Shown here: piece after piece, positions 21,773 to 33,553 of the stretch
How the letters are laid out: each line of letters opens with the position of its first letter
Position numbering within the stretch: position 1 is the stretch's first letter
Assembly: GCA_963746105.1 (NCBI GenBank)
Contig: CAVVAD010000002.1
Coordinates: forward strand, 445,047 to 509,046
Reading direction: 5' to 3'
Source: an uncultured beta proteobacterium
GTDB taxonomy: Bacteria > Pseudomonadota > Gammaproteobacteria > Burkholderiales > Gallionellaceae
DNA length: 64,000 nt
Notes under the pieces: generated by a model
What the model was told of the DNA's origin: nothing
What the model saw: only the letters and a program-made list of their open reading frames with translations
Database searches by the model: none
Position numbers and translations under genes: made by a program

Positions 21773-23203
21773 CTATTTGAAATTGCGCCGTAGCGTCAGC
21801 GAGAAATCGCTGCGCTCATAGGTATATGCGGCAACATTGGACACATTCAGATAGCGCACCAGTTGCGGCCGAACAATCCATTGATTGTCCAGATACCAGT
21901 TCATCCCCAGCGTGAGGTCGCTCAGGCGGTCGATACGCTGACTCGAGATTGCCGGGTCGACATTGCTGAAAATGCCATATTGCTGGCCTGCGCTGAAGAA
22001 CAGTTTCGCCTGGTCCGCCACGGCCGCCAGCCCGGCAACGCGAAATCCGGCGAAATTCTTGACGCCATCGGTTCTTCCGCCGCCGGGATTGGAGGCTGTG
22101 GACGGGCCGACATCATTCTCTGTTCCAAGGTACAGGCTGCCGGACAGGTTAGACTTCGCATCCTGCAGCATATGCTGCCAGCCTGCACCCGCAACCGCCT
22201 GATTGATGTCATTCAGCTGAAGCGTGGTATTGGCATAGCGGTATTGCACATACTGCCCGAACACGTTCAACTGATTGCTCGCATCGACGCTATGGCGCCA
22301 ATCCCCATTGAGCCCGGATGTATTGTAATATTGCGCACCACCCAGGGTGTTCTGCCCCCCCAACATGCCGACACGGTAACGGTCAGTTCCCGTGCCATAG
22401 ATCACGCCAACCCGTCCATTCAGGCCGAATGAATCAAACCCGTTTTGCCGGTAGTAGTCGCGCTGATTGATATCCGCTCCGGCATACAGCCGCAAGCTGG
22501 GGTCCAGATCGTGGCTGATCTCGCCGCCTGCTGCCAGCCCATAATAATTGTCGGCCAATTCCGAGGTGGTCGGGTACAGGGTTGGAATGATGACATTGTC
22601 CGGGGTTTCGGTCGCATTATTGATGTTGGTATCGTGCCCGACCGACCCCTCTATATAGCCACTGACCCGCGTCGATTTTCCGGATTGGCGTACTGCAATT
22701 TCATCCAGATATTTCTGGATGGTCGTGCGCGCCGCATCGGATGGATTTTGCTCCAGCACCGTTTCAAATTCGGTCTGAGCGCGCTGCATATCGCCCAGTT
22801 GATAATAGGCGCGCGCCAGATCCAGGCGTGCCCCGGCGTAATCGGGATCCACCGCCAGCACCCGCTCAAAAGCCAGCGTAGCTTTGTCCGGCTTGCCGCT
22901 ATCCAATGCGGCGATGCCGATCAGGTAATCGAAGCGCACCTCGCCGGAACGGTCGAACTCGAACGGCTCAAGCAGTTGGTAGGCTTGCTCGGCCTTGCCT
23001 GCTTTCATCAAAGCCTCGGCATCGCGCAACAGCATTTCCCCGGCATCGATTTCAACCGGCTTTTGCATCCGCGGTTCGGGACGCTGCCGGCCGTTTTGCA
23101 CCGGTTCCGCGCACACCCCGCCGCCGGCTGCCAGCATCAGCCCAGGCAGCACCCAACATGCCGATCTTGCAATTTTCATGTCATCCACCGCATTTTCCTG
23201 CAT
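21773..23203 (-). CDS. TPR-containing outer-membrane beta-barrel (Slam/DUF560-like)
   Basis: Signal peptide; TPRs (FDYLIGIAALDSGK..AFERVLAVDP..ARLDLARAYY); C-terminal amphipathic strands ending SLTLRRNFK; alternative start 23179. Confidence 0.75.
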   Translation of the reverse strand: MQENAVDDMKIARSACWVLPGLMLAAGGGVCAEPVQNGRQRPEPRMQKPVEIDAGEMLLRDAEALMKAGKAEQAYQLLEPFEFDRSGEVRFDYLIGIAALDSGKPDKATLAFERVLAVDPDYAGARLDLARAYYQLGDMQRAQTEFETVLEQNPSDAARTTIQKYLDEIAVRQSGKSTRVSGYIEGSVGHDTNINNATETPDNVIIPTLYPTTSELADNYYGLAAGGEISHDLDPSLRLYAGADINQRDYYRQNGFDSFGLNGRVGVIYGTGTDRYRVGMLGGQNTLGGAQYYNTSGLNGDWRHSVDASNQLNVFGQYVQYRYANTTLQLNDINQAVAGAGWQHMLQDAKSNLSGSLYLGTENDVGPSTASNPGGGRTDGVKNFAGFRVAGLAAVADQAKLFFSAGQQYGIFSNVDPAISSQRIDRLSDLTLGMNWYLDNQWIVRPQLVRYLNVSNVAAYTYERSDFSLTLRRNFK

Positions 23204-23474
23204 TCACCTCTGTACTCGATAAAATTTGCCCGGCTGTAGACTCAGGCAATATGCCTAAAAGTTCCCGCTGCCTGAGGATTATTGGTAATGCCGGGCTATC
23301 AAGCCGGGCATCGGCCCGTAAGGAATGGGGGCGGACAGGACAAGCAGGTTCGCGCGAAATTCCTGCTCCACTAGCCCGCTTTGCCCGGCCGGCAACTCCG
23401 CTCCGGCCCGATCAAGCACATCATGCAATGCTGCAGCAACCAGTCATTCCGCATCATGTCCATCCGATCGGAAA

Positions 23475-23705
23475 TCAAATATTGGCGGCAATACCGGTTA
23501 TCGTTACCGCCAGCGCGGCCAGCCAGCCGAGTTCGCTGAGAAATGCGAGATCATCACGCGACAGATCGGTCTTGTTTTGGATTTTTGAATTGATCTTTTC
23601 CAGTTCGTCCTGCAATTTTCTCAGGTTCTTTTCCTGGGCTTTCAACTCCTTCAGTTTTTCAACCTGCACAATTCTCAATTCACGAGTATTTATCTGGTTT
23701 TCCAT
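23475..23705 (-). CDS. Small coiled-coil protein with hydrophobic C-terminal tail (76 aa)
   Basis: GGAG RBS then MENQINTRE...; heptad-rich middle; C-terminal LGWLAALAVTITGIAANI; AT-richer than neighbours. Confidence 0.7.
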   Translation of the reverse strand: MENQINTRELRIVQVEKLKELKAQEKNLRKLQDELEKINSKIQNKTDLSRDDLAFLSELGWLAALAVTITGIAANI

Positions 23706-23978
23706 CGTAACGTCTCCTGAGGATAATCCGGCCGCGGCCAATGGGTTGGCAGCAATACAAGGCAATCGAATGTTACTCCACTCCCGGTATTCCGATGCAC
23801 ATAAGCTGCGAGTTCAGTCTGCCACCAATCGCGGCCATAAAAAAACGGCCGTGAAATCCGAGTCGTCCAAAGACGCAACAGAATGAAAGAATTTCTGAAA
23901 TGCGCCTGATGGCCCCGATGCCTGCGCGTGTTCGATTTCGTTTCCAGGCAAGCGGCACGGCGGATTTTCCCGGGATGA

Positions 23979-24653
23979 TCAAATCAGCCCTCTTTCCGCA
24001 AATGACAGTGTCTGCCCGACCGTCACGATGAAATGATCCAGCACCCGAACATCGACCAGTGCCAGGGCCTGCTTGAGTGCGCCGGTCAGGAGTTGATCCG
24101 ATTGGCTGGGTTCGGTGACACCCGAAGGATGGTTGTGAGCGAATATCACGGCGGCCGCATTATGCGCCAGCGCGCGCTTGACCACTTCGCGAGGGTAGAC
24201 GCTGGTCTGGCCCAGCGTGCCGTGAAACAGCTCTTCGGATGCGATCACGCGATTTTGCGTATCCAGGAACAACACCATAAAAACTTCCTGCTGCCTGGAG
24301 CCCAGCTGCAATTGCAGATATTCGCGAACCGCACGGGGTGAACCGAGCGCATCGCCGCGCTGCAATTCCTCATGCAATGCGCGGCGCGACATTTCAAGCG
24401 CCGCCTGGAGTTGCACATACTTTGCTTTCCCCATGCCTTTGCTTGCGCAAAGCTCGGTCTCGCTGGCACAAGCCAGCCGGGTAAGGCTGCCGAATCGAGT
24501 CAGCAGCTCGCGCGCCAGATCCACCGCGCTCTTCCCGGCCACTCCGGTGCGCAGGAAAATCGCCAGCAATTCCGCATCGGACAGTGATGCCGCACCGCGC
24601 TTTGACAGCTTTTCGCGCGGCCGCTCTCCTTCCGGCCAGTCTGTGATCGCCAT
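23979..24653 (-). CDS. radC: RadC/JAB (MPN) domain protein
   Basis: [55 protein letters not shown]. Confidence 0.96.
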   Translation of the reverse strand: MAITDWPEGERPREKLSKRGAASLSDAELLAIFLRTGVAGKSAVDLARELLTRFGSLTRLACASETELCASKGMGKAKYVQLQAALEMSRRALHEELQRGDALGSPRAVREYLQLQLGSRQQEVFMVLFLDTQNRVIASEELFHGTLGQTSVYPREVVKRALAHNAAAVIFAHNHPSGVTEPSQSDQLLTGALKQALALVDVRVLDHFIVTVGQTLSFAERGLI

Positions 24654-24875
24654 AACTCCTCGCCAGCATGTGTTGCCCAGGCCCATGCATTCTGGCCGCA
24701 TGGGCCTTCAAGTCTGTTTTCCCACTCTACCCGAGCCTGGGGATTGTGGTAAGCCCATCCCGGTCCGACAAGCGGTTGCCCTTCCCGACAAGCGGCACAA
24801 CAGCACCGGCATATTTGCTTTATGCTGGTATCCACAATTATGCAAATAGTATTAACTACCTGAAAGGAAATCGTC

Positions 24876-25592
24876 ATGAAAAGAAGCTGGTCAACGCTAT
24901 TCATCCTGGGCTGCTGTGCGCAACCCGCGCTGGCAGCTAATAACATCAACCTGGCCAATTTCACCGGCCCGGCTGCGCAAAGCGATTTCAGGACCTTTTC
25001 GGAAGATTTGGGTTCGGCGCTCAGCTATAAAGCGCTCACGCCGCCGACGCCATTGGGTATCACAGGCTTTGACATGGGGATCGAAGCGACCGACACCAAA
25101 GTCAGAAACCTGGGCATAGCCACCAACAGTTCGATGAGCGACCTGATCGTGCCCAAGCTGCATATATACAAAGGCCTGCCGCTCAACATCGATATCGGCG
25201 CTTTCTACTCTGCGGTTCCCACCACCAATATCAAGCTTTATGGCGGCGAGTTGCGCTATGCGATCGTTCCAGGCGGCGTCACCACGCCTGCTATCGGCAT
25301 CCGCGGCGCATTCTCCAAATTGAGCGGCGTAAGCCAGCTGGATTTCAGCACCAAGAGCCTGGATGTTTCCATTTCCAAAGGCTTCGCGATGTTTACCCCG
25401 TATGCGGGCGTAGGCTCGGTGTGGGTGGACAGCACGCCCAACGGGATACCGGGCCTGGCGAATGAATCCTTCCGCCAGAACAAGGTCTTTGCGGGCAGCG
25501 ATCTCAACTTCGGATTGGTCAACGTCGACCTGGAATATGACAAGACCGGTTATGCGCCTTCCTACAGCGCAAAACTGGGTTTCCGTTTCTAA
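24876..25592 (+). CDS. Predicted outer-membrane beta-barrel protein of unknown function
   Basis: Signal peptide ending ALA-A, alternating hydrophobic strands, terminal KLGFRF (BAM-type C-terminal Phe). Confidence 0.75.
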   Translation: MKRSWSTLFILGCCAQPALAANNINLANFTGPAAQSDFRTFSEDLGSALSYKALTPPTPLGITGFDMGIEATDTKVRNLGIATNSSMSDLIVPKLHIYKGLPLNIDIGAFYSAVPTTNIKLYGGELRYAIVPGGVTTPAIGIRGAFSKLSGVSQLDFSTKSLDVSISKGFAMFTPYAGVGSVWVDSTPNGIPGLANESFRQNKVFAGSDLNFGLVNVDLEYDKTGYAPSYSAKLGFRF

Positions 25593-25639
25593 CGAATCCT
25601 GAGTCCGGCCGCTGCCGGCAAGACGGGACGGAGCCGGCA

Positions 25640-26934
<1,295 letters not shown>

Positions 26935-26940
26935 TCAGCC

Positions 26941-28152
26941 ATGCGAAATGATTTGCGCGATATCCAGGCTTTGCTGCGCTTGATCGCAACACGCTTCGTG
27001 CGAGACCGTTGCGCGCGTACCGCGGCGAGCCTGGCCTTTACCACGCTGTTGTCGCTGGTTCCGATGATAACCATTGCCCTGACGGTATTTTCGGCATTTC
27101 CGGTATTCGAGGATTTTTCCTCCCAGATCAAAAGCTATCTGCTGAGCAACCTGATCCCGCAAAATGCCGGCATCATCATTACCCAATACATGCAGCAATT
27201 TGCCGACAGCGCAACGCGGCTTACCGCTGTTGGCATCGTGTTTCTCGGCGTCACCGCGATGACGATGATGCTGACCATAGACAATGCATTCAACGTCATT
27301 TGGCAGGTGACGCAGCCGCGCCCGCTGGTGAAACGCCTGGTGGCATACTGGGCCGTGCTGACCCTTGCGCCTTTGCTGGTCGGAGCCAGCCTGTCGCTGA
27401 CATCATGGCTGGTCGGATTGTCCATGGGGCACGGCAAGTATGTGTCGCCCTTGGGTATCGCGGTGCTCAAAACCCTGCCGGTCATTTTTACCACGCTGGC
27501 ATTTACGCTGCTGTTCGAGCTGGTACCGAACCGGCATGTGCCGCGCGTCCATGCATTGATCGGCGCAGCGGTGGCTGCACTGGCATTCGAGGCCAGCAAT
27601 CGCACCTTCGGCTATTTCGTCAGCCATTTCGCCACTTACAAACTGGTGTATGGCGCTTTCGCCAGCGTGCCGATATTCCTGATGTGGATCTACCTGTCCT
27701 GGCTGACCATCCTGTTCGGAGCGGTCATCGCCGCCTCGCTATCGCATTGGCGCACCGCGGCGCCACACTCTCCCACGTCTGCCGCCCGCTTGCTGGATGC
27801 GCTGCGCCTGCTGCAAGTCCTGGCGAACGGCTTGCATAGCGGCAGCGTAAGTACCTTGCCGGTACTATCCAGATCCTTGCGCCTCGGATATGACACGCTG
27901 GAAAAATTGCTTGCGGAGTTGGCAGGGATTGAAATGGTTCACAAAGTGGAAGGCAATGGCTGGGCACTGACACGCGATCCGGGCCATATTCGCGCCAGCG
28001 AGCTGGTGCGCTTGTTGGTACTGGACCGCGATTCCCTGCCGCGGGCGAAACAGGACGATCCCTTGCAGCAATGGCTGGTGTCCTGCGCGGGCCGGCTTGA
28101 GCAGGATACCGATATCACGCTGCAGGAACTGTTTGCGCGGCAAGCTTCCTGA
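26941..28152 (+). CDS. YihY/BrkB-family inner membrane protein with C-terminal winged-helix extension
   Basis: AASLAFTTLLSLVP, IDNAFNVIW, YGAFASVPIFLMWIYLSW; start at ATG 26941. Confidence 0.9.
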   Translation: MRNDLRDIQALLRLIATRFVRDRCARTAASLAFTTLLSLVPMITIALTVFSAFPVFEDFSSQIKSYLLSNLIPQNAGIIITQYMQQFADSATRLTAVGIVFLGVTAMTMMLTIDNAFNVIWQVTQPRPLVKRLVAYWAVLTLAPLLVGASLSLTSWLVGLSMGHGKYVSPLGIAVLKTLPVIFTTLAFTLLFELVPNRHVPRVHALIGAAVAALAFEASNRTFGYFVSHFATYKLVYGAFASVPIFLMWIYLSWLTILFGAVIAASLSHWRTAAPHSPTSAARLLDALRLLQVLANGLHSGSVSTLPVLSRSLRLGYDTLEKLLAELAGIEMVHKVEGNGWALTRDPGHIRASELVRLLVLDRDSLPRAKQDDPLQQWLVSCAGRLEQDTDITLQELFARQAS

Positions 28153-28213
28153 TGGCTTGCCCGGGCAAGCCAATTGCGCTCTAATGTCCGGCAATACCGA
28201 CCGGGGAAAAATC

Positions 28214-28789
28214 ATGAAATTTCTGGAAACCCTTTTTGAGGGCACGCTGTGGAACAGCCGCTTTGTGGTCATTGCAGCGGTGATCGGCAGCCTGCTGGCC
28301 GGCTTTGCGATCTTCTACATGGCGACGGTGGATGTGGTTAACCTGTTCCTGCACGCCCTGCATTACGCCGACTCCAGCCTGACCGACGAAGCGCGCAGGG
28401 CACTGCACGACAGCACCGTCACGCATATCGTGGAAGTGGTGGATGGCTATTTGCTGGCGACCGTGATGCTGATCTTTTCTCTGGGCCTGTATGAGCTTTT
28501 CATCAGCGACATCGATCAGGCGCACGGCAGCAGGGCATCCAGCAAGATCCTGGTAATCAGCAGCCTGGACGACCTGAAGTCCCGTTTGGCCAAGGTGATC
28601 CTGATGATCCTGATCGTCACCTTGTTCCAGGAGGCGATCAACATGAAGCTGCATACGCCTCTGGATCTGGTATATCTGGGTGGCAGCATCACACTGATCG
28701 CGCTGGCACTGTATTTCAGCCATGCCGCCGAAACCAATCATGACAACAGGGAAGACCGCGCTGATGCGCCGGCGCAGCGCGATCATTGA
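28214..28789 (+). CDS. YqhA (UPF0114) family membrane protein
   Basis: LWNSRF, VDGYLLATVMLIFSLGLYELFIS, ISSLDDLKSRLAKVI. Confidence 0.88.
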   Translation: MKFLETLFEGTLWNSRFVVIAAVIGSLLAGFAIFYMATVDVVNLFLHALHYADSSLTDEARRALHDSTVTHIVEVVDGYLLATVMLIFSLGLYELFISDIDQAHGSRASSKILVISSLDDLKSRLAKVILMILIVTLFQEAINMKLHTPLDLVYLGGSITLIALALYFSHAAETNHDNREDRADAPAQRDH

Positions 28790-28796
28790 TCATTCC

Positions 28797-29318
28797 ATGA
28801 ACCCGATCGCAGCTGGTCCGGCCGCAGCGGGCGCAATTGATGCGCCCCGCTCCAGAACCGGTTTGTTGCGCAGCACGCTGCTCACGCTGCTGCTGGTTTG
28901 CTCATGCTGCGCTTGCGCAGCGGATTTTTCGCTGCAGGATATGCAGGGTAAAACCCATCGCCTGGCTGACTATCGCGGCAAGTGGGTGCTGGTGAATTTC
29001 TGGGCGACCTGGTGTCCGCCTTGCCTGAAGGAAATCCCCGAACTGGTCAGTCTGCACGACGCCCATCACCGCAAGGATCTGGTGGTGTTCGGCATTGCGA
29101 TGGATTCCGGCTCGAACCAGGAAGTTGCCGATTTCGCCAAGGCTCACGGCATCAGTTACCCTGTGGTGATGGGAGACCGCAGGACCGCTTCCCAATTCGG
29201 CCAAATAGAGGCTCTGCCGGTCAGCTACTTATACAACCCCAAGGGCGAACCGGCGGGTTATCAGGCGGGTGAGGTGACCCGGGCGGGCATCGAGGCTTTT
29301 ATCAGGAAGCAACCATAA
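28797..29318 (+). CDS. TlpA-family thiol-disulfide oxidoreductase
   Basis: YRGKWVLVNFWATWCPPCLKEIP; ALPVSYL. Confidence 0.92.
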   Translation: MNPIAAGPAAAGAIDAPRSRTGLLRSTLLTLLLVCSCCACAADFSLQDMQGKTHRLADYRGKWVLVNFWATWCPPCLKEIPELVSLHDAHHRKDLVVFGIAMDSGSNQEVADFAKAHGISYPVVMGDRRTASQFGQIEALPVSYLYNPKGEPAGYQAGEVTRAGIEAFIRKQP

Positions 29319-29333
29319 TCAGGTCGCCGCGGC

Positions 29334-29984
29334 TCAATTGACCGCCGAGTAGTAGTTGCTGACTGTGCGGTGCGGCAAAGCCCAGTGATCGCGCCATGCG
29401 GCGCGCACCAGATTTGGGTATCCCGGCTTGCCCAGGGTACCGTTGTAACGCCCCAGGGCGCGGTACAAATTGCCTTTTTCCAAGTCCAGGTAATAGCGCA
29501 GGATGGTGCAGCCGTAACGCAGGTTGACGCGCTGGTGAAACAGGTCCTGGTCGCGGGTTCCGAGTTCCGTTACCCAGAACGGCATCACCTGCATATAGCC
29601 GCGTGCGCCCACGCGGGATATCGCATACTTGTTGAAATGACTCTCGACCTCGATCAGGCCCAGCACCAGTTCGGGGTCCAGCCCTGCTCGCGTGGCTTCA
29701 TAATGCACAGTCTTCAAAAAATTCATGCGGTATTCGTCGTCCGGCATGCTTTTTTTCAAACGGCGCGACATCGAATTCAACCAGAAGTCCGCTTCATATT
29801 GCGTGGCAAACGCAAGTTTGAGCGGTGCCTGATCCGACACGCTGCGCTGCAGCACCGCGCGTACACTGGCAGACAGCGGCGTGTAGATCTGTCCGCCGGC
29901 TTGCGCAGCCACGGCGAACAGCATCCCTGCGACGCACAACGGCACAGCAAGATACAGCGAAAAAAATAGTCGTTTCAGGCGCAT
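29334..29984 (-). CDS. Lytic transglycosylase (SLT domain)
   Basis: [45 protein letters not shown]. Confidence 0.93.
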   Translation of the reverse strand: MRLKRLFFSLYLAVPLCVAGMLFAVAAQAGGQIYTPLSASVRAVLQRSVSDQAPLKLAFATQYEADFWLNSMSRRLKKSMPDDEYRMNFLKTVHYEATRAGLDPELVLGLIEVESHFNKYAISRVGARGYMQVMPFWVTELGTRDQDLFHQRVNLRYGCTILRYYLDLEKGNLYRALGRYNGTLGKPGYPNLVRAAWRDHWALPHRTVSNYYSAVN

Positions 29985-31690
29985 AGCCTGGATTCTACGA
30001 ACTTCACGGCGTTTTGCAAGGGGATGGCTTGCGCCGCCGCATCGCGCCGTCCCTGGTATTCCAGCATGCCATCTTTCAAACCGCGCTCGCCGATCACGAT
30101 ACGGTGAGGAATGCCGATCAATTCCATGTCGGCGAACATCACCCCAGGACGCTCGTCGCGGTCATCCAGCAATACCTCGATCCCCGCGCTTTGCAGTCCG
30201 GCATACAGCTGTTCGGCGGTATTGCGCACCGCCTCGCTTTTGCCCATACCGATCGGCACGATCGCAATCTGGAACGGCGCCATCGCAGCCGGCAGCTTGA
30301 TGCCGCGCTCGTCATAATTCTGTTCGATCGCGGCGGCGACGATGCGCGACACGCCGATGCCGTAGCAGCCCATCTCGACCAGTTGCGCCTTGCCTTGCGC
30401 ATCCAGAAAAGTGGCTTTCAGGGTCTCGGCATATTTGGTGCGCAACTGGAAGATATGGCCGACTTCGATGCCGCGGCAGATATCCAGCGTGCCTTTGCCG
30501 TCCGGCGACACATCGCCTGTCACCACGTTGCGGATGTCCGCAACCAGGTCCGGCTCGGGCAGATCGCGCGCCCAGTTGACTCCGGCGATATGAAATTTGG
30601 CTTTGTTGGCACCCGCCACAAAATCGCTCATCGCCGCCACGGTCCGGTCGGCGATGACACGGGTCTTTGCCCGATCGACACCGACCGGCCCGAGAAAGCC
30701 GGGGGGGCAATCGAAATGCGCCCGGATCTCTGCTTCCGTGGCAAAGCGGAAGCCGGCAAGGCCGGGCAGTTTTCCTGCCTTGACTTCATTCAGGCTGTGA
30801 TCTCCGCGCAACAGCAGGATATGCAGCTTGCCATCGGCCATCAGCGCGATCAGCTTGACTGTGCGCTGCAACGGGATGCCGAGCAGCTCGGCCACCTGCT
30901 CACAAGTCGTCTGCCTGGGTGTTTCGACATCGTGCATCGCTTCAGTCGCCGCGGCCCGCGGTTTGACCGGAGCGAGCGCCTCGGCCAGTTCCACGTTGGC
31001 CGCATAATCCGAAGCCGGACAATAAGCCAGCGCATCCTCCCCGGAGTCGGCCAGCACATGAAACTCGTGCGAGCCACTGCCGCCGATCGCGCCGGTATCC
31101 GCCGCGACGGCGCGGAACTTCAGACCAAGGCGGGTAAAGATGCGCGAATAAGTGTCATGCATCACGCGGTAGGTCTGCTCCAGGCTCACATGATCGGCAT
31201 GGAAAGAATAGGCGTCCTTCATCAGGAATTCGCGCGCACGCATCACACCGAAGCGCGGCCTCACCTCGTCGCGGAACTTGGTCTGGATCTGGTAGAAGTT
31301 GACCGGCAACTGCCGGTAACTGCGGATCTCGCGGCGCGCAATGTCGGTGATCACTTCCTCATGCGTGGGGCCGAAACAGAAATCGTTGTTGTGCCGGTCC
31401 TTGATCTTCAGCATCTGCGGGCCGAACACTTCCCAGCGTCCGGTTTCCTGCCACAGCTCGGCAGGCTGCACCGCCGGCATCAGCAATTCGATCCCGCCGC
31501 TGCTATCCATTTCCGCCCGCACCACGCTTTCGACCTTGCGCAGCACGCGCAGCCCCAGCGGCATCCAGGTATACAGGCCGCTGGCCAGTTTTTTGATATA
31601 GCCCGCGCGCAGCATCAGTTTGTGGCTGGCGAGTTCTGCTTCTGAAGGTGCTTCTTTCAAGGTCGAAATGAAAAATTGCGAGACGCGCAT
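29975..31690 (-). CDS. proS: Proline--tRNA ligase
   Basis: [58 protein letters not shown]. Confidence 0.99.
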   Translation of the reverse strand: MRVSQFFISTLKEAPSEAELASHKLMLRAGYIKKLASGLYTWMPLGLRVLRKVESVVRAEMDSSGGIELLMPAVQPAELWQETGRWEVFGPQMLKIKDRHNNDFCFGPTHEEVITDIARREIRSYRQLPVNFYQIQTKFRDEVRPRFGVMRAREFLMKDAYSFHADHVSLEQTYRVMHDTYSRIFTRLGLKFRAVAADTGAIGGSGSHEFHVLADSGEDALAYCPASDYAANVELAEALAPVKPRAAATEAMHDVETPRQTTCEQVAELLGIPLQRTVKLIALMADGKLHILLLRGDHSLNEVKAGKLPGLAGFRFATEAEIRAHFDCPPGFLGPVGVDRAKTRVIADRTVAAMSDFVAGANKAKFHIAGVNWARDLPEPDLVADIRNVVTGDVSPDGKGTLDICRGIEVGHIFQLRTKYAETLKATFLDAQGKAQLVEMGCYGIGVSRIVAAAIEQNYDERGIKLPAAMAPFQIAIVPIGMGKSEAVRNTAEQLYAGLQSAGIEVLLDDRDERPGVMFADMELIGIPHRIVIGERGLKDGMLEYQGRRDAAAQAIPLQNAVKFVESRLCA

Positions 31691-31847
31691 GACGGGTGCT
31701 ACCTGAGTATGGTTATGGATGCGCGATTTTACAGGTAATGCCAGCGCTCCGGTATGCCGAGATGCCTGCCGATAACCGGTCAGCTTTTCTTTGCTGAAGA
31801 AATGTGAAAGAATCCAAGCATTAAAATTAACTTGAGCAGGGTTGAAA

Positions 31848-32372
31848 ATGATAGACCGAGACGGCTACCGCCCGAATGTCGGTATCATCATCACCAACGA
31901 CAGGAATCAGGTGCTTTGGGGCAAGCGGGTAAAACAGCATGCATGGCAGTTTCCGCAGGGTGGCATTCAGCACGGCGAATCGCCCGAGCAGGCAATGTAC
32001 CGCGAGTTGCACGAAGAGGTCGGTTTGATGCCGCAACATGTGAGGATACTCGGACGCACGCGCGACTGGATGCGCTACGAGGTTCCGCAAAGCTGGAACA
32101 AACGCGAATCGCGCAGCTATTACCGCGGGCAAAAGCAGATTTGGTTTCTGTTGCTTCTGGTGGGTCGTGATTGCGATGTCTGTTTGCGCACCAGTCCGCA
32201 TCCGGAATTCGATGCGTGGCGCTGGAACGATTATTGGCTGGACATCAATGCCGTGATTGAATTCAAGCGCGAGGTCTACACCCTGGCGCTGAATGAATTG
32301 GCCAGTTATCTCCCGCCACCCAAACTTGGCCGGGCACATAACACCGGACAGCTGCAACCTGCCCATAGGTGA
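31848..32372 (+). CDS. rppH: RNA pyrophosphohydrolase
   Basis: [56 protein letters not shown]. Confidence 0.97.
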   Translation: MIDRDGYRPNVGIIITNDRNQVLWGKRVKQHAWQFPQGGIQHGESPEQAMYRELHEEVGLMPQHVRILGRTRDWMRYEVPQSWNKRESRSYYRGQKQIWFLLLLVGRDCDVCLRTSPHPEFDAWRWNDYWLDINAVIEFKREVYTLALNELASYLPPPKLGRAHNTGQLQPAHR

Positions 32373-32397
32373 GTCTGGACAACGACCGGGAGTGCAC

Positions 32398-32994
32398 ATG
32401 ATCAAGGAATACCATCCTCTGCCCACCATCCGCTTGAAGACAGGTTCATCCTTCGTGCGCCCGGTCCAGACACTGCCGGAACTGGTCAGGCTGAGCGACC
32501 CGGCAGTCAGCGTGATGACCGACCTGAGCAAGGTTTCGGTGGTGAGTGTGCGCGCCAAAACCTCAATGGACAAAGCCAACGCGAAGATGATCCGCTATGG
32601 GGTGCGCCTGCTGCTGGTGCTGGACGACAATGACCAAGTGGCGGGATTGCTGACGGCCAGCGATATCCTTGGCGAAAAGCCGATGCGCTACCTGCAGAAC
32701 ATGGGCGGCACCCATGCCGACATCATGGTGCGCGACATCATGACCACGCAGCGTGAACTGGAAGCGCTCAGAATCGAAGACGTAAAAAAGGCCCGGGTCG
32801 GAGAAATCGTCGCCAGCCTGAAAAAGTCCCACCGCCAACACGCACTGGTGGTCGCCGAAAACCCGGATGGCAAACAATCGGTGTGCGGCCTGTTCTCCGT
32901 CACCCAGATCGCCCGCCAACTCGGCGCGCAGGTTCAGAGTTTCGAATTGGCGCACACCTTCGCCGAGATCGAGGCGGTGATCGCGCGCGGCTAA
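32398..32994 (+). CDS. CBS-domain protein
   Basis: DPAVSVMTDL, GVRLLLV.D...GLLTASDILGEKP, VRDIMT, GLFSVTQIARQLG. Confidence 0.85.
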   Translation: MIKEYHPLPTIRLKTGSSFVRPVQTLPELVRLSDPAVSVMTDLSKVSVVSVRAKTSMDKANAKMIRYGVRLLLVLDDNDQVAGLLTASDILGEKPMRYLQNMGGTHADIMVRDIMTTQRELEALRIEDVKKARVGEIVASLKKSHRQHALVVAENPDGKQSVCGLFSVTQIARQLGAQVQSFELAHTFAEIEAVIARG

Positions 32995-33086
32995 AAATCC
33001 GGATTTGCGAACATCCGCTGTGCATTGCCTGCTTGCCCCGTTTCCGCGCCCCGCATCGGGGCGAATCCTGGATTATCGGGTTGTTC

Positions 33087-33542
33087 TCAGTGTTTGCCGG
33101 TACTGCCGAAACCGCCGCTGCCGCGTTCGCTCAGCGGAAATTCTTCCACGATATTGAACTTTGCCTGCATCACCGGCACGATCACCAGTTGCGCCATGCG
33201 CTCCATCGGCATCAACGTAAACGGAATCTGGCTGCGGTTCCATAACGAAACGAATATCTGCCCCTGATAATCCGAGTCGATCAGCCCGACCAGATTGCCC
33301 AGCACAATACCGTGCTTATGCCCCAGCCCGGAGCGCGGCAAAATCATCGCGGCATAACCCGGGTTGCCCAGATGAATCGCAATGCCGCTCGGGATCAGCT
33401 CGCTTTGCTTGGGCTGGATCACCATATTGTGTTCGATGCAGGCGCGCAAATCTATCCCCGCGGAGCCGGCCGTGGCGTAACCCGGCATGTTTTCATGCAA
33501 GCGATGGTCGAGAATCTTGACATCGACGTCGATGTGTTTCAT
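33087..33542 (-). CDS. dut: dUTP diphosphatase
   Basis: [42 protein letters not shown]. Confidence 0.98.
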   Translation of the reverse strand: MKHIDVDVKILDHRLHENMPGYATAGSAGIDLRACIEHNMVIQPKQSELIPSGIAIHLGNPGYAAMILPRSGLGHKHGIVLGNLVGLIDSDYQGQIFVSLWNRSQIPFTLMPMERMAQLVIVPVMQAKFNIVEEFPLSERGSGGFGSTGKH

Positions 33543-33553
33543 TGGGGTTTTCC

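Noticed and set aside
23979-24653. radC as a marker of a mobile element
   Set aside because: It is the full-length chromosomal form with the N-terminal HhH region, not the short JAB-only mobile type. No mobility genes are nearby.
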